From assembly GCA_963742105.1 (NCBI GenBank), contig CAVUKN010000005.1, positions 1,775,884 to 1,839,883 of the forward strand: DNA of 64,000 nucleotides. Reading direction: 5' to 3'. The DNA comes from an uncultured Acidobacteriota bacterium (GTDB lineage Bacteria; Acidobacteriota; Vicinamibacteria; Vicinamibacterales; UBA2999). The position numbers and the translations under genes are program-made. Below the pieces are notes generated by a model. It did not search any database, was not told where the DNA came from, and worked only from the letters and a program-made list of their open reading frames with translations. Below, in pieces: positions 52,158 to 62,066 of this stretch (position 1 is the first letter of the stretch; each line of letters begins with the position of its first letter).

Positions 52158-54294
52158 CTACCGGGTCAGCGTCTCCTGTCGGAGCGCCGGCAGATACACG
52201 TTTTCGACGTATTCCTTCACCATTCTGCGCGTGCTGAACTGCGGCAGCACCGTCCGGATCGACTGCTTGACCACCTGCAGCCAGCGCCGCGGAATGCCGT
52301 TGGCGTCGCGGTCGTAGAACGCCGGGACCAGCTCGTTCTCGATGAGCGAGTACAGCGACTGCACGTCGGCCCAGTCCTGCGCCCCGTGGTCGTGCGGATC
52401 GGCCTGCGCCCTCGATGAGCCATCCGTTCGCGCCGGTGAACCCTTCGGCCCACCAGCCGTCGCCGATCGAGAGGTGCGGCGTGCCGTTGATCGCCGCCTT
52501 CATCCCGCTGGTGCCGCTCGCTTCGAGCGGCTTGCGCGGGTTGTTCATCCAGACGTCGCAGCCCTGCACGAGGAAGTGCGCCACATGCAGGTCGTAGCCC
52601 TTCGACGAACGCGACGCGGCCGCCGAACATCGGATCGAGTGCGCGCTTGTAGATCCGCTGCAGGTGATGCTTGCCGACTTCGTCGGCCGGATGCGCCTTG
52701 CCGGCGAAGACCAGCTGCACGGGACGGCCGGGTGCCGTGAGGATGCGCGCGAGCCGCTCGGCGTCGGTGAAGATCAGTTCCGGACGCTTGTAGCCGGTGA
52801 AGCGGCGGGCGAACCCGATCGTCAGGGTGTTCTGGTCCAGCATCGTGCCCGCCGCCACCACCTGGAGCGCGTTCACCTCGGCCTTCGTCCACCGCGTGCG
52901 GGCGCGTTCACGGATGAATCCGAACAGGAAGCTGCGCAGCGACTGCCGCGCTGCCCACAGCTCCTCGTCGGGAATCGCCAACACCCGATCCGCAACCGCG
53001 GGGTCGTCGTGACGATCGAGCCAGTCGGGCCCGAGATGGCGTTCGAACAGCGTCCCCATCTCCGACGACATCCACGTCGGCACGTGCACGCCGTTGGTGA
53101 TGAAGTGAATCGGCAGACTGCTCGCGCGGCGTGTCGGGCCAGATCGGCTGCCACATGTTCTTTCGTGACGTCGCCGTGCAGCTTGCTGACGCCGTTGACG
53201 GCGCCGCTCGTGCGCAGTGACAAGCGCCGTCATGTTGAACATCGGGCCGCTGCCGTTGTCGTAGTGCCCGAGAGCGAGGAACCGCTCGCGATAGCCGCCG
53301 AGGTCGCCCCACGCGCCGGCGAGGTGGGTCTCGACCAGATGAAACGGGAACGCGTCGTGGCCCGCAGGGACCGGCGTGTGCGTCGTGAATACGGTGGTGC
53401 GGCGCACTTCGTCGAGCGCCGCGTCGAAGGCCCAGCCCTTCTCGCACAGCTCGCGGATCCGCTGCAGCACCACGAATGCGGCGTGACCTTCGTTCAGGTG
53501 ATACACCGCCGGCTCCGACCCCATCTGCTTCAGGACGCGGACGCCGCCGATGCCGAGGATGATTTCCTGCTGCACGCGCGTTTCGCGGTCGCCGCCGTAG
53601 AGGCGTGCCGAGAGATCGCGATCCCACGGCGCGTTCTCCTCGACGTTCGTGTCGAGCAGGTAGAGCTTCACGCGACCGACGCGCACCCGCCACACCTGCA
53701 CCAGCACCGTCCGGTTACCGAGCGGCACGGCGACGATGCACGGCTTGCCCTCGGGAGTGATGGCGGGTTCGATCGGCGCGTCGGCCCAATTGAGCTGCTC
53801 GTAGACCTCCTGCTGCCAGCCGTCCGGCGTCAGGTTCTGGTGGAAGTAGCCCTGCGGATACATGAAGCCGACGCCGATCAGCGGCACGCCGAGGTCGCTG
53901 GCTTCCTTGCAGTGATCGCCGGCGAGAACACCGAGGCCGCCGGCGTAAATCGGCAGCGACTGATGCAGCGCGAACTCGGCGGAGAAGTAGGCGATCGATT
54001 TGCCGGACGACGTCAGGGCAGTGGCTCTCACACCAGGTGTTGTGAGCGGCGCGGGCCTGCATCGAGACGCACAATCGCCTCGTCGTAATCTCTGAGCCAG
54101 GACGGGTCCTGAAGTTTCCGCTCGAGGATCTCGGGGGAGATCAGCTGCAGCATCTTGACGGGGTTGTGGGCGGTCTGGCGCCAGAGTGGGTAGTCCAGAT
54201 TGCGGAACACGTTCCGCGCGACCGGTGTCCAGCTCCACCAGAGGTCGTACGACAGGTCTTTCAGACGATTGATGCGCTCAGGCAAATGAACCAA
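52158..54294 (-). CDS. glgP: alpha-glucan family phosphorylase (GT35, PLP-dependent); about 7 frameshifts
   Basis: [79 protein letters not shown] and [27 protein letters not shown] (PLP Lys). The tail ..[17 protein letters not shown] ends at 52158. Confidence 0.85.
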
Positions 54295-54668
54295 GGCGAG
54301 CTCCCGTTAACGCCGCACCGCGCCAGATTGGTCTGGCCCCTGATGTTTGGATTATCGGCGGCAAGTTCGAGTCGGATGAGCGGTTCCCGCGGGCGGCGCG
54401 GTCGATGTGGCAACTCGCGCGCCCTTTGATGGAATTCCACCGCGTGACCCAAGCGTCGCATGCTAGCACGCACCTACATCGAGTCCTGCGACCGGAGGAT
54501 CCACCTCCAGCCGGCGCCCTCGGCGCCACGCGCCCGCGTCGGGGATCGAGGGGGCAAACGGCAGACATCGTGGGCGTCTTTCCGCCATATGCGACAGCCA
54601 CGGCCCCTCACCGATTCCCTGACCGCGACCGTCGGGTCGCATCGGGAACGTCGCTCGCCGGTCTCTGG

Positions 54669-55730
54669 TCAGGAGGCGTGACGAGGTCGGTGACCGGCGG
54701 TGATGGCCCGATGTTCCTCAATCACCTCGTCTCCGAATGCTTCGCGGAGCCATAGACGCTCGATGGTGGGGTAGACGGCCGCCACCGGCAGCGCGACGAG
54801 CGCTCCCATCACGCCGGCGAGCTCGGCACCGACTGCCAACGCGAGCAGCACCGCCAGGTTGCTCAGGCGCAGCCTGCCGGCGTACACGCGCGGGGTAAGG
54901 ATGTAGTTCTCGATCACGTGATAGGTGAGGTAGATCGGGACCATCGCCAGCGCGGTCGCCGAGGATTGCGTCGCCGCCATGGCCATCGCCGGCAGGCAGG
55001 ACAGAAAGAATCCGACCACGGGGATGAAGTCGGCGACGAACGCCAGCAGCGCCAGCAGCAGCGCGGCGGGGACGTGTAGCACCTCGAGCCAGTGTAGAAG
55101 TACACCGCCGCACAGACCGACGTTGTCACGTTGCCGATGACGTAACCGCGTGCGGCTGCCGCTGCCTCCTCCGCCGTCCGATCGAATCGCGGCCGCAGCC
55201 GTTCGACGACGAAGCCGCGCACCCAGCGATAGGTCGGTTCCGCTTCGATCAGTAGATACACCACCAGGATCCACGCGAGGACGAAGGCGCCGATCGCCGC
55301 CAGCATGCGACCGGCCGATGATCATCACGTAGGAACCGAGCATCGACGCATCGGCCCCCGGCGAGCGCCTGATGATGTCGACGACGGCGCGAGGGGCGTG
55401 CTGCTGAATCGTTCGCTCGAATGTGGTCAGCTGGTTACTGAGATCCGATGCCTGGCTTGCCAGAGAGGACCAGGTGATCGCCAGGAAGCCCAGCAGCGAG
55501 CCGACGATGACCGCCACGAGCGACCATGAGGCAAGCCAGCGGGGGATGCCTCGCCGTTCCATCGCACAGACTGCCGGATGCAGCGCGACCGCGATGATCA
55601 CCGCCACGAGACCCAGCATGACCACCCAGACCAGCTCCCGCCAGACCCAGACGATGGCGATTGCGGCGATGATCTTGAGCAGCGTCGCCCACGGCAGGTA
55701 AATCGAGAGGCGATTGGCGGGTGCAGCCAT
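54669..55730 (-). CDS. AI-2E family transporter (PerM/YhhT-like permease); two compensating frameshifts near 55310 and 55120
   Basis: Eight TM segments. ..FVADFIPVVGFFLSCLPAMAMA.., LTYHVIENYILTPRVYAG.. and ..LLALAVGAELAGVMGALVALPVAA... The middle part MLAAIGAFVLAWILVVYLLIEAEPTYRWVRGF.. lies in ORF 54914..55306. Confidence 0.7.
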   Translation of the reverse strand: MAAPANRLSIYLPWATLLKIIAAIAIVWVWRELVWVVMLGLVAVIIAVALHPAVCAMERRGIPRWLASWSLVAVIVGSLLGFLAITWSSLASQASDLSNQLTTFERTIQQHAPRAVVDIIRRSPGADASMLGSYVMIIGRSHAGGDRRLRPRVDPGGVSTDRSGTDLSLGARLRRRTAAAAIRSDGGGGSGSRTRLRHRQRDNVGLCGGVLLHWLEVLHVPAALLLALLAFVADFIPVVGFFLSCLPAMAMAATQSSATALAMVPIYLTYHVIENYILTPRVYAGRLRLSNLAVLLALAVGAELAGVMGALVALPVAAVYPTIERLWLREAFGDEVIEEHRAITAGHRPRHAS

Positions 55731-55767
55731 TGACTTCACACCGCCGAGGTGCAAGGTTTGAACCGCC

Positions 55768-56514
55768 GTGCCCGTTCTGGTTGCAACACATCTCAGGAAG
55801 CTCTACGGGGAAACAGTCGCTGTCGAGGACGTCTCTTTCGTCATCGAGCCGAAAGAGACCGTCGGGCTGCTCGGCCCAAACGGGGCAGGGAAGACGACCA
55901 CGATCAACATGATCCTGGGTGTGCTCGAGCCGAGCGGCGGGACAGTTCACATCGAAGGGCACGACGTGACCCGTGAGCGCCGGGAAGCGCTCCAGAAGAC
56001 GAATTTCGCGGCAGTGTATGCCCCGCTGCCGGGCAATCTGACGGTGGAGCAGAACCTGATGGTGTTTGCACGCATCTATGGCGTGCGCCATCGCGCGGCC
56101 AGGGTCTCCGCCGTGATCGACGAGTTCGATCTGGCGCGGTTCCGCCATGTCAAGTGTGGCGTGCTGTCGTCGGGAGAGCAGACGCGCGTGTCCCTGGCGA
56201 AGGCGATGCTGAATGAACCCAGTCTGCTGCTGCTGGATGAACCGACAGCGTCGCTCGATCCCGCGACCGCGCAGGACATCCGAGCTGGCATCCGCCGGTT
56301 CACCGAGCAAGGCCGCGGTGGCGTCCTGTGGACATCGCACAACATGTACGAAGTGGAGCAGGTATGCGACCGCGTGTTGTTCCTCTCACACGGACGCATT
56401 CTCCTCGAAGGCGATCCCAAAACGTTGCCGTCCGAGCACGGTATCGAAACCCTCGAGGAGCTGTTCATCGCCGTGGCGCGTGAACCGCTCAGCGTGGCCG
56501 AACCCCGAAGTTGA
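55768..56514 (+). CDS. ABC transporter ATP-binding protein (ABC-2/DrrA-like)
   Basis: Walker A GLLGPNGAGKTTT, signature LSSGEQTRV and Walker B LLLLDEPTASLD. Intact. Confidence 0.85.
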   Translation: MPVLVATHLRKLYGETVAVEDVSFVIEPKETVGLLGPNGAGKTTTINMILGVLEPSGGTVHIEGHDVTRERREALQKTNFAAVYAPLPGNLTVEQNLMVFARIYGVRHRAARVSAVIDEFDLARFRHVKCGVLSSGEQTRVSLAKAMLNEPSLLLLDEPTASLDPATAQDIRAGIRRFTEQGRGGVLWTSHNMYEVEQVCDRVLFLSHGRILLEGDPKTLPSEHGIETLEELFIAVAREPLSVAEPRS

Positions 56515-56544
56515 ACGCGAGCCGACAAGCGAGCACCAAGAAGC

Positions 56545-57360
56545 GTGAATATGCCAACGCTGCGTCTGTCCCGCGCCCTGGCGATCATCGAGCGGCAGTT
56601 GTATTTGATGCGGGGCAGTCCCGCGCGTGTCGTTCCCCTGTTCGGCTTCGTCGTCATCGACATCGTCCTGTGGGGCTTCATCACCCGGTATCTCAATACC
56701 GTGGCGACGGGCATGAACTTCGTCACGTCCCTCCTGGGCGCGGTGGTGCTGTGGGACTTTTGCGTCCGCGTGCTCCACGGCGTGACGATGGCGTTTTTCG
56801 AGGATGTGTGGTCGCGGAATTTCCTGAACATCTTCGCCAGCCCGCTGTCGGTCGCGGAGTATCTCGCCGGCCAGGTGGTGTCCAGCATGTTCACCAGCGC
56901 GGTCGGCCTGGTCGCGATGGTGGCGCTGGCGACGCTGGTCTTCGGTGTCCCGTTCGCCGCGTACGGCGTGATGGTGCTGCCGTTCCTGCTGGTGCTGTTC
57001 CTGTTCGGGATTGCGATGGGGATCCTGGGCGCGTCATGCGTGCTGCGCTGGGGTCCGGCGGCGGAGTGGTGGGTGTGGCCGATCCCGGCGATGATCGCGC
57101 CGTTCGCCGGCGTGTTCTATCCCGTCGCGACGCTTCCTGCCTGGATGCACCCGATCGCGCGCATTCTGCCGCCCTCGTACGTGTTCGAAGCGCTGAGGAC
57201 GATCGTCACCGATGGAACCTTCCAGCCCTGGGCGCTTGTCTTCGGCGGTGCGCTCGCCACCGTCTACATCGTGGCCGCGGCCTGGATCTTCACCCGGGTC
57301 CATCGTCACGCCGTGCGCACCGGCCTGATCGCGCGGTACAGCGCCGAAACTATTACCTGA
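56545..57360 (+). CDS. ABC-2 type transporter permease
   Basis: Six TM segments; N-terminal ..RALAIIERQLYLMRGSPARV.. and ..FFEDVWSRNFLNIFASPLS.. are typical of the ABC-2 family. It follows the ATPase gene by 30 nt. Confidence 0.75.
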   Translation: MNMPTLRLSRALAIIERQLYLMRGSPARVVPLFGFVVIDIVLWGFITRYLNTVATGMNFVTSLLGAVVLWDFCVRVLHGVTMAFFEDVWSRNFLNIFASPLSVAEYLAGQVVSSMFTSAVGLVAMVALATLVFGVPFAAYGVMVLPFLLVLFLFGIAMGILGASCVLRWGPAAEWWVWPIPAMIAPFAGVFYPVATLPAWMHPIARILPPSYVFEALRTIVTDGTFQPWALVFGGALATVYIVAAAWIFTRVHRHAVRTGLIARYSAETIT

Positions 57361-57362
57361 AC

Positions 57363-57468
57363 GTGTGTTCACGCTTCTCCGTTCTTCGTTCTCGGTTCGT
57401 GTTCAGGTTCGGTTCCAGAACCGAACGTGAACACGAACGGAGAAGAGAGAACCAAGAAGCGTGAACGG
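57363..57468. repeat. heptad-array hairpin E14 (GTTCGTG-TTCAGGT flavour, shared with the outer arms of E11)
   Basis: GTGTGTTCACGCTTCTCCGTTCTTCGTTCTCGGTTCGTGTTCAGGTTCGGTTCC|AGAACCGAACGTGAACACGAACGGAGAAGAGAGAACCAAGAAGCGTGAACGG. It is nearly palindromic about 57416 and fills the convergent junction 57360/57485. Confidence 0.9.
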
Positions 57469-57484
57469 AAGTCGTTCTGGGTTG

Positions 57485-58237
57485 TCAGTTCGCCGCGAAG
57501 CAGTACAGCAGTCCTGCGCCGCCGGTGCCGACCAGACCCGGCTGACTGCAGCCGCGCGAGGCGTGGGCCGAGTTCCAGGACGTGTTGCCGCCGCCGGTGC
57601 GATCGAAGTGGCCGAGCATCACGCTGCCGGTGTCGGCATTGCTCGTGTAGTTGCCGCAGGTCGTGTCGTTGGTTCCGGCGATCGCGCGCCCGTGCGAGTC
57701 GGATCCGGTCAGGATGTCGTGCTGGTTCGGTGTGTCGCCGACCCCATTGACCGTGCCCCCCTTTTCGGTGAGGGCGGTCTGCTTGTTGATCTGATTCCGA
57801 TCACGCTCGACGTCGCCATGCAGATCGGCAACGTTGTTGGCGATCACGGCGCCGCGCACGTTGTACCAGGGGCCGGCGCCGATCCGGTCACGTGCGTTCA
57901 CTGCCGGTTGACCGTTGGCGGCGGTCGCGCTCAGGTAGGCGCGCCATTGACGACCCTGTGGCGTCGGGACGTTCGCCCCCTGCGCCATCTGCGTGCAGTA
58001 CGCGTCGGCGCCGGCGAGGCCGCCATAGTTCGCGCCGTCTCCCTTGCCGACGCTCGTGATGAAGAACGACGGTGGCCCGGCCGGCGCGCCGCGGCCCGCC
58101 GCGCCTCCGGCCCGGCCCTGTGCCGGCGCCTGTCCCGCTCCACCGGCCGGCGGCTGCTGCGGGGCCTGAGCGGTGAGCGCCACGGTCACCGCGGCGATGG
58201 CGCCAATGCCCGTCGCGATTCGTTTCACAGTACGCAT
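57485..58237 (-). CDS. secreted DUF1554-like protein (Cys-containing lectin/endostatin-like fold)
   Basis: ATG 58237 is preceded by GAGGAGGA. Signal MRTVKRIATGIGAIAAVTVALTAQA, a Gly/Ala/Pro linker, then FFITSVGKGDGANYGGLAGADAYCTQMA..WRAYLS..NNVADLH..ILTGSD..CGNYTS, matching my recollection of the DUF1554 pattern. Confidence 0.5.
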   Translation of the reverse strand: MRTVKRIATGIGAIAAVTVALTAQAPQQPPAGGAGQAPAQGRAGGAAGRGAPAGPPSFFITSVGKGDGANYGGLAGADAYCTQMAQGANVPTPQGRQWRAYLSATAANGQPAVNARDRIGAGPWYNVRGAVIANNVADLHGDVERDRNQINKQTALTEKGGTVNGVGDTPNQHDILTGSDSHGRAIAGTNDTTCGNYTSNADTGSVMLGHFDRTGGGNTSWNSAHASRGCSQPGLVGTGGAGLLYCFAAN

Positions 58238-58431
58238 GAAGCTGTCCTCCTCGTGAAAACGGGACCGGGTCTGGTTTTCACGATCGCCGCGACCACTTGC
58301 GACGTCTTGATCAAGCCAGGCCCGGGCCGGTTTGCGGCGGACTGTACCACAGCGGTGCGACGGTGCCTGGTCGAGGTTCACCTCGACAAGACGACGTGAA
58401 CACCGGTCAGAAATCGGTTTAGGATCCGGCC

Positions 58432-59198
58432 ATGCGGAACCCGACGTTGTTTCTGCTGCTCCTGCTGATCGGCGTGGCAGTGACGCCGATCGTCGCTGTG
58501 ATCGATACGCTCTCCGGTGTCGATGCGCAACAGGCACCCGCCGCCAATCCACGGCAGCAGCCGGGGGCGACCGTCACGATGTACGAGCCGGATCAGCATG
58601 ACCTGTACGACGGTCACTTCGTGCTCAGCGCCGGTCGCGTCTAATGGTGGGCGGCCTCAACGATCCAGTTGGCTGGAATCACATGGACAACGACGCGCAG
58701 ACTGTCAATTCGGTCGGCGGCAGTTCGGAGATCGACGTCGACGAGATCAAGAACACCGGAACGTTCGAGGCGCGGTTGAAGGTGCCGGAGGGCGACCTGG
58801 TGATCGCCATGGATCGTTTCAATGAGTTCAATCCGTGTCAGAACGGCGGGATTGTCGCCGCCCTGCACGAGCACGGGACCGACTCCGGCTGTGGCGACAA
58901 CAATTGGCCGAAGACGTTCGTGTTCCTCGCCGGCTGGGGCTTCGGCCACGCCGACTTCAACGGCAAGCGTCTCTACGACAACTACGAAACGCATTTCATG
59001 GTGACGCAGGGAATTCGCGACCGAAAGACATTGAAGGTGTCGTACCCACTGCCTAACAAGCAGAAGCCGGCCGGCGAAGTGAATCCGGCGACACAGCAGC
59101 TCGACTTCTACATCCGCAGCCCGCAGATGAACCCGAAGAACACGCCGAATCGGGACGTGTTCGCACACTTCTTCGCCATGGAAGTGACATGGAAGTGA
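58432..59198 (+). CDS. secreted protein, unknown function; probable frameshift at about 58640 joining ORFs 58432..58644 and 58644..59198
   Basis: Signal MRNPTLFLLLLLIGVAVTPIVAV in the first ORF. The second ORF has no signal or RBS of its own and starts at the first ORF's stop (TAATG). The product ..NEFNPCQNGGIVAALHEHGTDSGCGDNNWPKTFVFLAGWGFGHADFNGK.. matches no family I recognise. Confidence 0.4.
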
Positions 59199-59289
59199 TC
59201 TGATGCGGCGGTCAGTACGGTGCCGTATGGCGAGTCCTGTCACCCGCGCCGCCGCGGACTTGACACGGTTCGCGTCCCGGCAGGGATCC

Positions 59290-60144
59290 ATGCGACGCAG
59301 CCTGACCAGGCTGGCCCCTCTGGCCGTATGGCTCTCGTGCGGCATCGCGGGCGCTGCGCAAGCTCCTGTCGATCCGGTCACGCGCCTCGGCGAATACGTT
59401 CAGAACTATTACTCGAAGGCCCGCAGTATCGTCACCGAGGAGACGGTGGTCGTGCAGCCGCTGCAAGGTGACATGAGCGCGGCAGGGTTTCCGCGCCGCG
59501 CGGTGTACGAACTGAGAGTGGAATGGAATCCGGATGCGGCGACCCCTGGCGAGCGCGCCACCGCCGTCCGGGAGCTGGTGAAGGAAGCAGGGCCGGCGAT
59601 CTTCGACAAGGGCGAGGAGCGTTGCGCCGACCCGCCGTTGATTACGCCCGAACCGCTTTCATTCCTGCTGCCCGATAACCGCGCGGACTGGACGTTCGCG
59701 ATGGGACGTCCCCAGCGGCTCGACGGGCGGCCCGCCATGACGCTGGAGTATTCGTTGCGCGAGTCGCACCCGGCACGCGTGACCGAAAAAGAATGCCTGT
59801 TCACCGATCTGAGCGGTCAGACGGTTGGACGGCTGTGGGCCGATCCGGCAACGGCGGAAATCTTCCGCATCGACGAGCACCTGAAAGGACTCGTCGATAT
59901 CAAGATACCGAAGGAATGGTGGCAACGCGGCCGGCCACGGGAAATCACCTTCGAGCAACTGAATTCGTCGGTGCGCTACAAGCGGGTGATCTTCAGCGAT
60001 CCGCCGGAGGAATTGCTGCTGCCGGTCTCCATCGAAACGGTGCACGTCCATCGCAGCGACACCGGCGCGGCGTCGCGTCTACGCATCACCCACTCGTACA
60101 CCAATTACCGCCGCTTCGTCACCGGTTCGCGACTGATCCCCTGA
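59290..60144 (+). CDS. secreted protein, unknown function
   Basis: ATG 59290 gives signal MRRSLTRLAPLAVWLSCGIAGAAQA|PV (the ORF is open from 59203). The product ..YELRVEWNPDAATPGE..TLEYSLRESHPARVTEKECLF..RITHSYTNYRRF matches no family I recognise. Confidence 0.4.
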   Translation: MRRSLTRLAPLAVWLSCGIAGAAQAPVDPVTRLGEYVQNYYSKARSIVTEETVVVQPLQGDMSAAGFPRRAVYELRVEWNPDAATPGERATAVRELVKEAGPAIFDKGEERCADPPLITPEPLSFLLPDNRADWTFAMGRPQRLDGRPAMTLEYSLRESHPARVTEKECLFTDLSGQTVGRLWADPATAEIFRIDEHLKGLVDIKIPKEWWQRGRPREITFEQLNSSVRYKRVIFSDPPEELLLPVSIETVHVHRSDTGAASRLRITHSYTNYRRFVTGSRLIP

Positions 60145-60169
60145 CGCGCGACCCTGATCACCCGCAGCG

Positions 60170-61780
60170 TCAGACCCCGGTCTTCGCCTTCGCTTCGAAC
60201 TCTTCGTACGGGCCTTTGAAGTCCTCGATGCGGTGGCCGTCGAAATGCCACACGCGGGTGCCGACTTCTTCGATCAGGTCCTGGTCGTGGGTCACGAGGA
60301 AGATCGTTCCCTCGTACTTCTGCAACGCAATGTTCAGCGCGTTGATCGACTCGAGATCGAGGTGGTTCGTCGGCTCGTCGAGCACGAGGACGTTCGGCTT
60401 CTGCAGCATGATCCGGCAGAAGAGGAGCCGCGCAGTTTCACCACCCGACAGGGCTTCGGTCGGTTTCAGCCCCTCCTCCCCGGTGAACAGCATCTGCCCG
60501 AGCAGCCCGTGAATGTCCTGCCGTGCCGCGTCGGGATCGAACTGATGCAGCCAGTCGACCGCGATCATGCCCTTCTGGATGGCGCCAGTGTGGTCCTGCG
60601 CGAAGTAGCCGACGGACACCTCGTGTCCCCAGCGCACGTTCCCTGAGTCGATCGCTGTCGGGTCGGGCGTGACGCCGGGAGCGTCAGCGAGGAGCGCCCG
60701 CAGCAGCGTGGTCTTGCCGACACCATTCCTCCCGACGATGACGATCTTCTCCCCACGATTTACGACGGCCGCAAAGTCGTCGATCACCTGCAGCTCCGGT
60801 GAGAACGCCTTGCTCACGCCGGTGCATTCCATGGCGAGCTTGCCCGACGGCCGCGCCTGATTGAAACGGATGTACGGTCGCTGAATGTTGGAGCGCGCGA
60901 GGTCGGTGGTCTGCAGCCGCTCGACTTCCTTGCGCCGCGACGTTGTCTGGGCCGCCCGCGTGCCGGCGCCAAACCGCTGGATGAAGTCCATGAGCTGCGC
61001 GATCTTCTTCTCGCGCTGCGCGTTCTCGGACTCGACGCGAGACCGGATCTGGGTCTTGGCCACAACCATGTCGTCGTAGCCGCCGGTGTAGGTGATGATC
61101 GTCTGGTAATCGATGTCCGCCGTGTGCGTGCACACCTGGTTGAGGAAGTGGCGATCGTGGGAGATCACGATCAGCGTCCCGTCGTAGCGGTTGAGGAAGT
61201 CTTCCAGCCAGTGGATCGAGTCGAGGTCGAGGTGGTTGGTCGGCTCGTCCAGCAGGAGTGCCGCCGGACTGCCGAACAGCGCCTGGGCAAGGAGCACGCG
61301 GACCTTCTGGCCGCCCTGCAGCTCGCCCATGTTCCGTTCGTGGAGTTCGTCGGGAATGTCGAGACCCTGCAGCAGAACGGCTGCATTGCTCTCGGCGCTG
61401 TAGCCATCCTCATCGCCGACGATACCCTCGAGCTCACCCAGCCGCATGCCGTCGTCGTCGGTCATGTCGGGCTTGGCATACAGGGTTTCGCGTTCCTGGA
61501 GCGCGGCCCACAGCCGCGTGTTCCCCATGATCACTGTGTCGATGACGCGATACGCGTCGAAGGCGTACTGGTCCTGACGCAGGACGCCAAGCTTGTCCGG
61601 CCGCGTCACCGAACCGCGTTGCGGAGTCAGTTCTCCGGTCAGCAGTTTCATGAAGGTCGACTTGCCGGCACCGTTGGGACCGGTCAGGCCGTAGCGCCGG
61701 CCGGGCGTAAACGTGGTGGTGACGTCCTCGAAGAGGATCTTCGAGCCGTACCGCATGGACACACCGCTGACTGAGATCAT
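60170..61780 (-). CDS. ABC-F family ATPase (tandem ABC domains, no TM; YbiT/EttA-like)
   Basis: ATG 61780 gives MISVSGVSMRYG... Two Walker A motifs (GLTGPNGAGKST, IVGRNGVGKTT), two signatures (LQGGQKVRV, LSGGETARL) and two Walker B motifs (LLLDEPTNHLD, LVLDEPTNHLD). Intact. Confidence 0.85.
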   Translation of the reverse strand: MISVSGVSMRYGSKILFEDVTTTFTPGRRYGLTGPNGAGKSTFMKLLTGELTPQRGSVTRPDKLGVLRQDQYAFDAYRVIDTVIMGNTRLWAALQERETLYAKPDMTDDDGMRLGELEGIVGDEDGYSAESNAAVLLQGLDIPDELHERNMGELQGGQKVRVLLAQALFGSPAALLLDEPTNHLDLDSIHWLEDFLNRYDGTLIVISHDRHFLNQVCTHTADIDYQTIITYTGGYDDMVVAKTQIRSRVESENAQREKKIAQLMDFIQRFGAGTRAAQTTSRRKEVERLQTTDLARSNIQRPYIRFNQARPSGKLAMECTGVSKAFSPELQVIDDFAAVVNRGEKIVIVGRNGVGKTTLLRALLADAPGVTPDPTAIDSGNVRWGHEVSVGYFAQDHTGAIQKGMIAVDWLHQFDPDAARQDIHGLLGQMLFTGEEGLKPTEALSGGETARLLFCRIMLQKPNVLVLDEPTNHLDLESINALNIALQKYEGTIFLVTHDQDLIEEVGTRVWHFDGHRIEDFKGPYEEFEAKAKTGV

Positions 61781-61880
61781 TCTGTGCTCGCTTACCTGAC
61801 GATAGAACCCTTCACGATAGCAGATGGAAACGGTCACGTGCCAACCGAGGAAAACGGCCGGCAACGGCCAGGCGCGGGCG

Positions 61881-61909
61881 GTCTTCCCGCCGAGGGTGCG
61901 TGCTATACT
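61881..61909 (+). promoter_or_regulatory. possible extended -10 promoter for tRNA-Leu
   Basis: TGcTATACT (61901-61909) with a poor -35 (TCTTCC), 34 nt upstream of the tRNA 5' end. Confidence 0.3.
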
Positions 61910-61942
61910 CCGGTGTTCGCTTTCGGGCGAATTTCTCCACCT

Positions 61943-62029
61943 GCGGAAGTGGCGGAATTGGCAGACGCGCTAGCCTCAGGAGCTAGTGGCCGCAAGGCCA
62001 TGAAGGTTCGAGTCCTTTCTTCCGCACCA
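61943..62029 (+). tRNA. tRNA-Leu (anticodon CAG), CCA encoded
   Basis: GCGGAAGUGGCGGAAUUGGCAGACGCGCUAGCCUCAGGAGCUAG..long variable arm..GAAGGUUCGAGUCCUUUCUUCCGCACCA. Acceptor GCGGAAG pairs with CUUCCGC, and the anticodon loop is CU-CAG-GA. Near-identical to E. coli tRNA-Leu(CAG) in the 5' half. Confidence 0.97.
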
Positions 62030-62034
62030 GCCTT

Positions 62035-62066
62035 CGCTCACGCCTTCGATCCATTTTGCGTGAGCG
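62035..62066 (+). terminator. stem-loop 3' of tRNA-Leu
   Basis: CGCTCACGC-N14-GCGTGAGCG, a 9-bp perfect stem beginning 6 nt after CCA. The loop ends in TTTT, and no T-tract follows. Confidence 0.35.
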
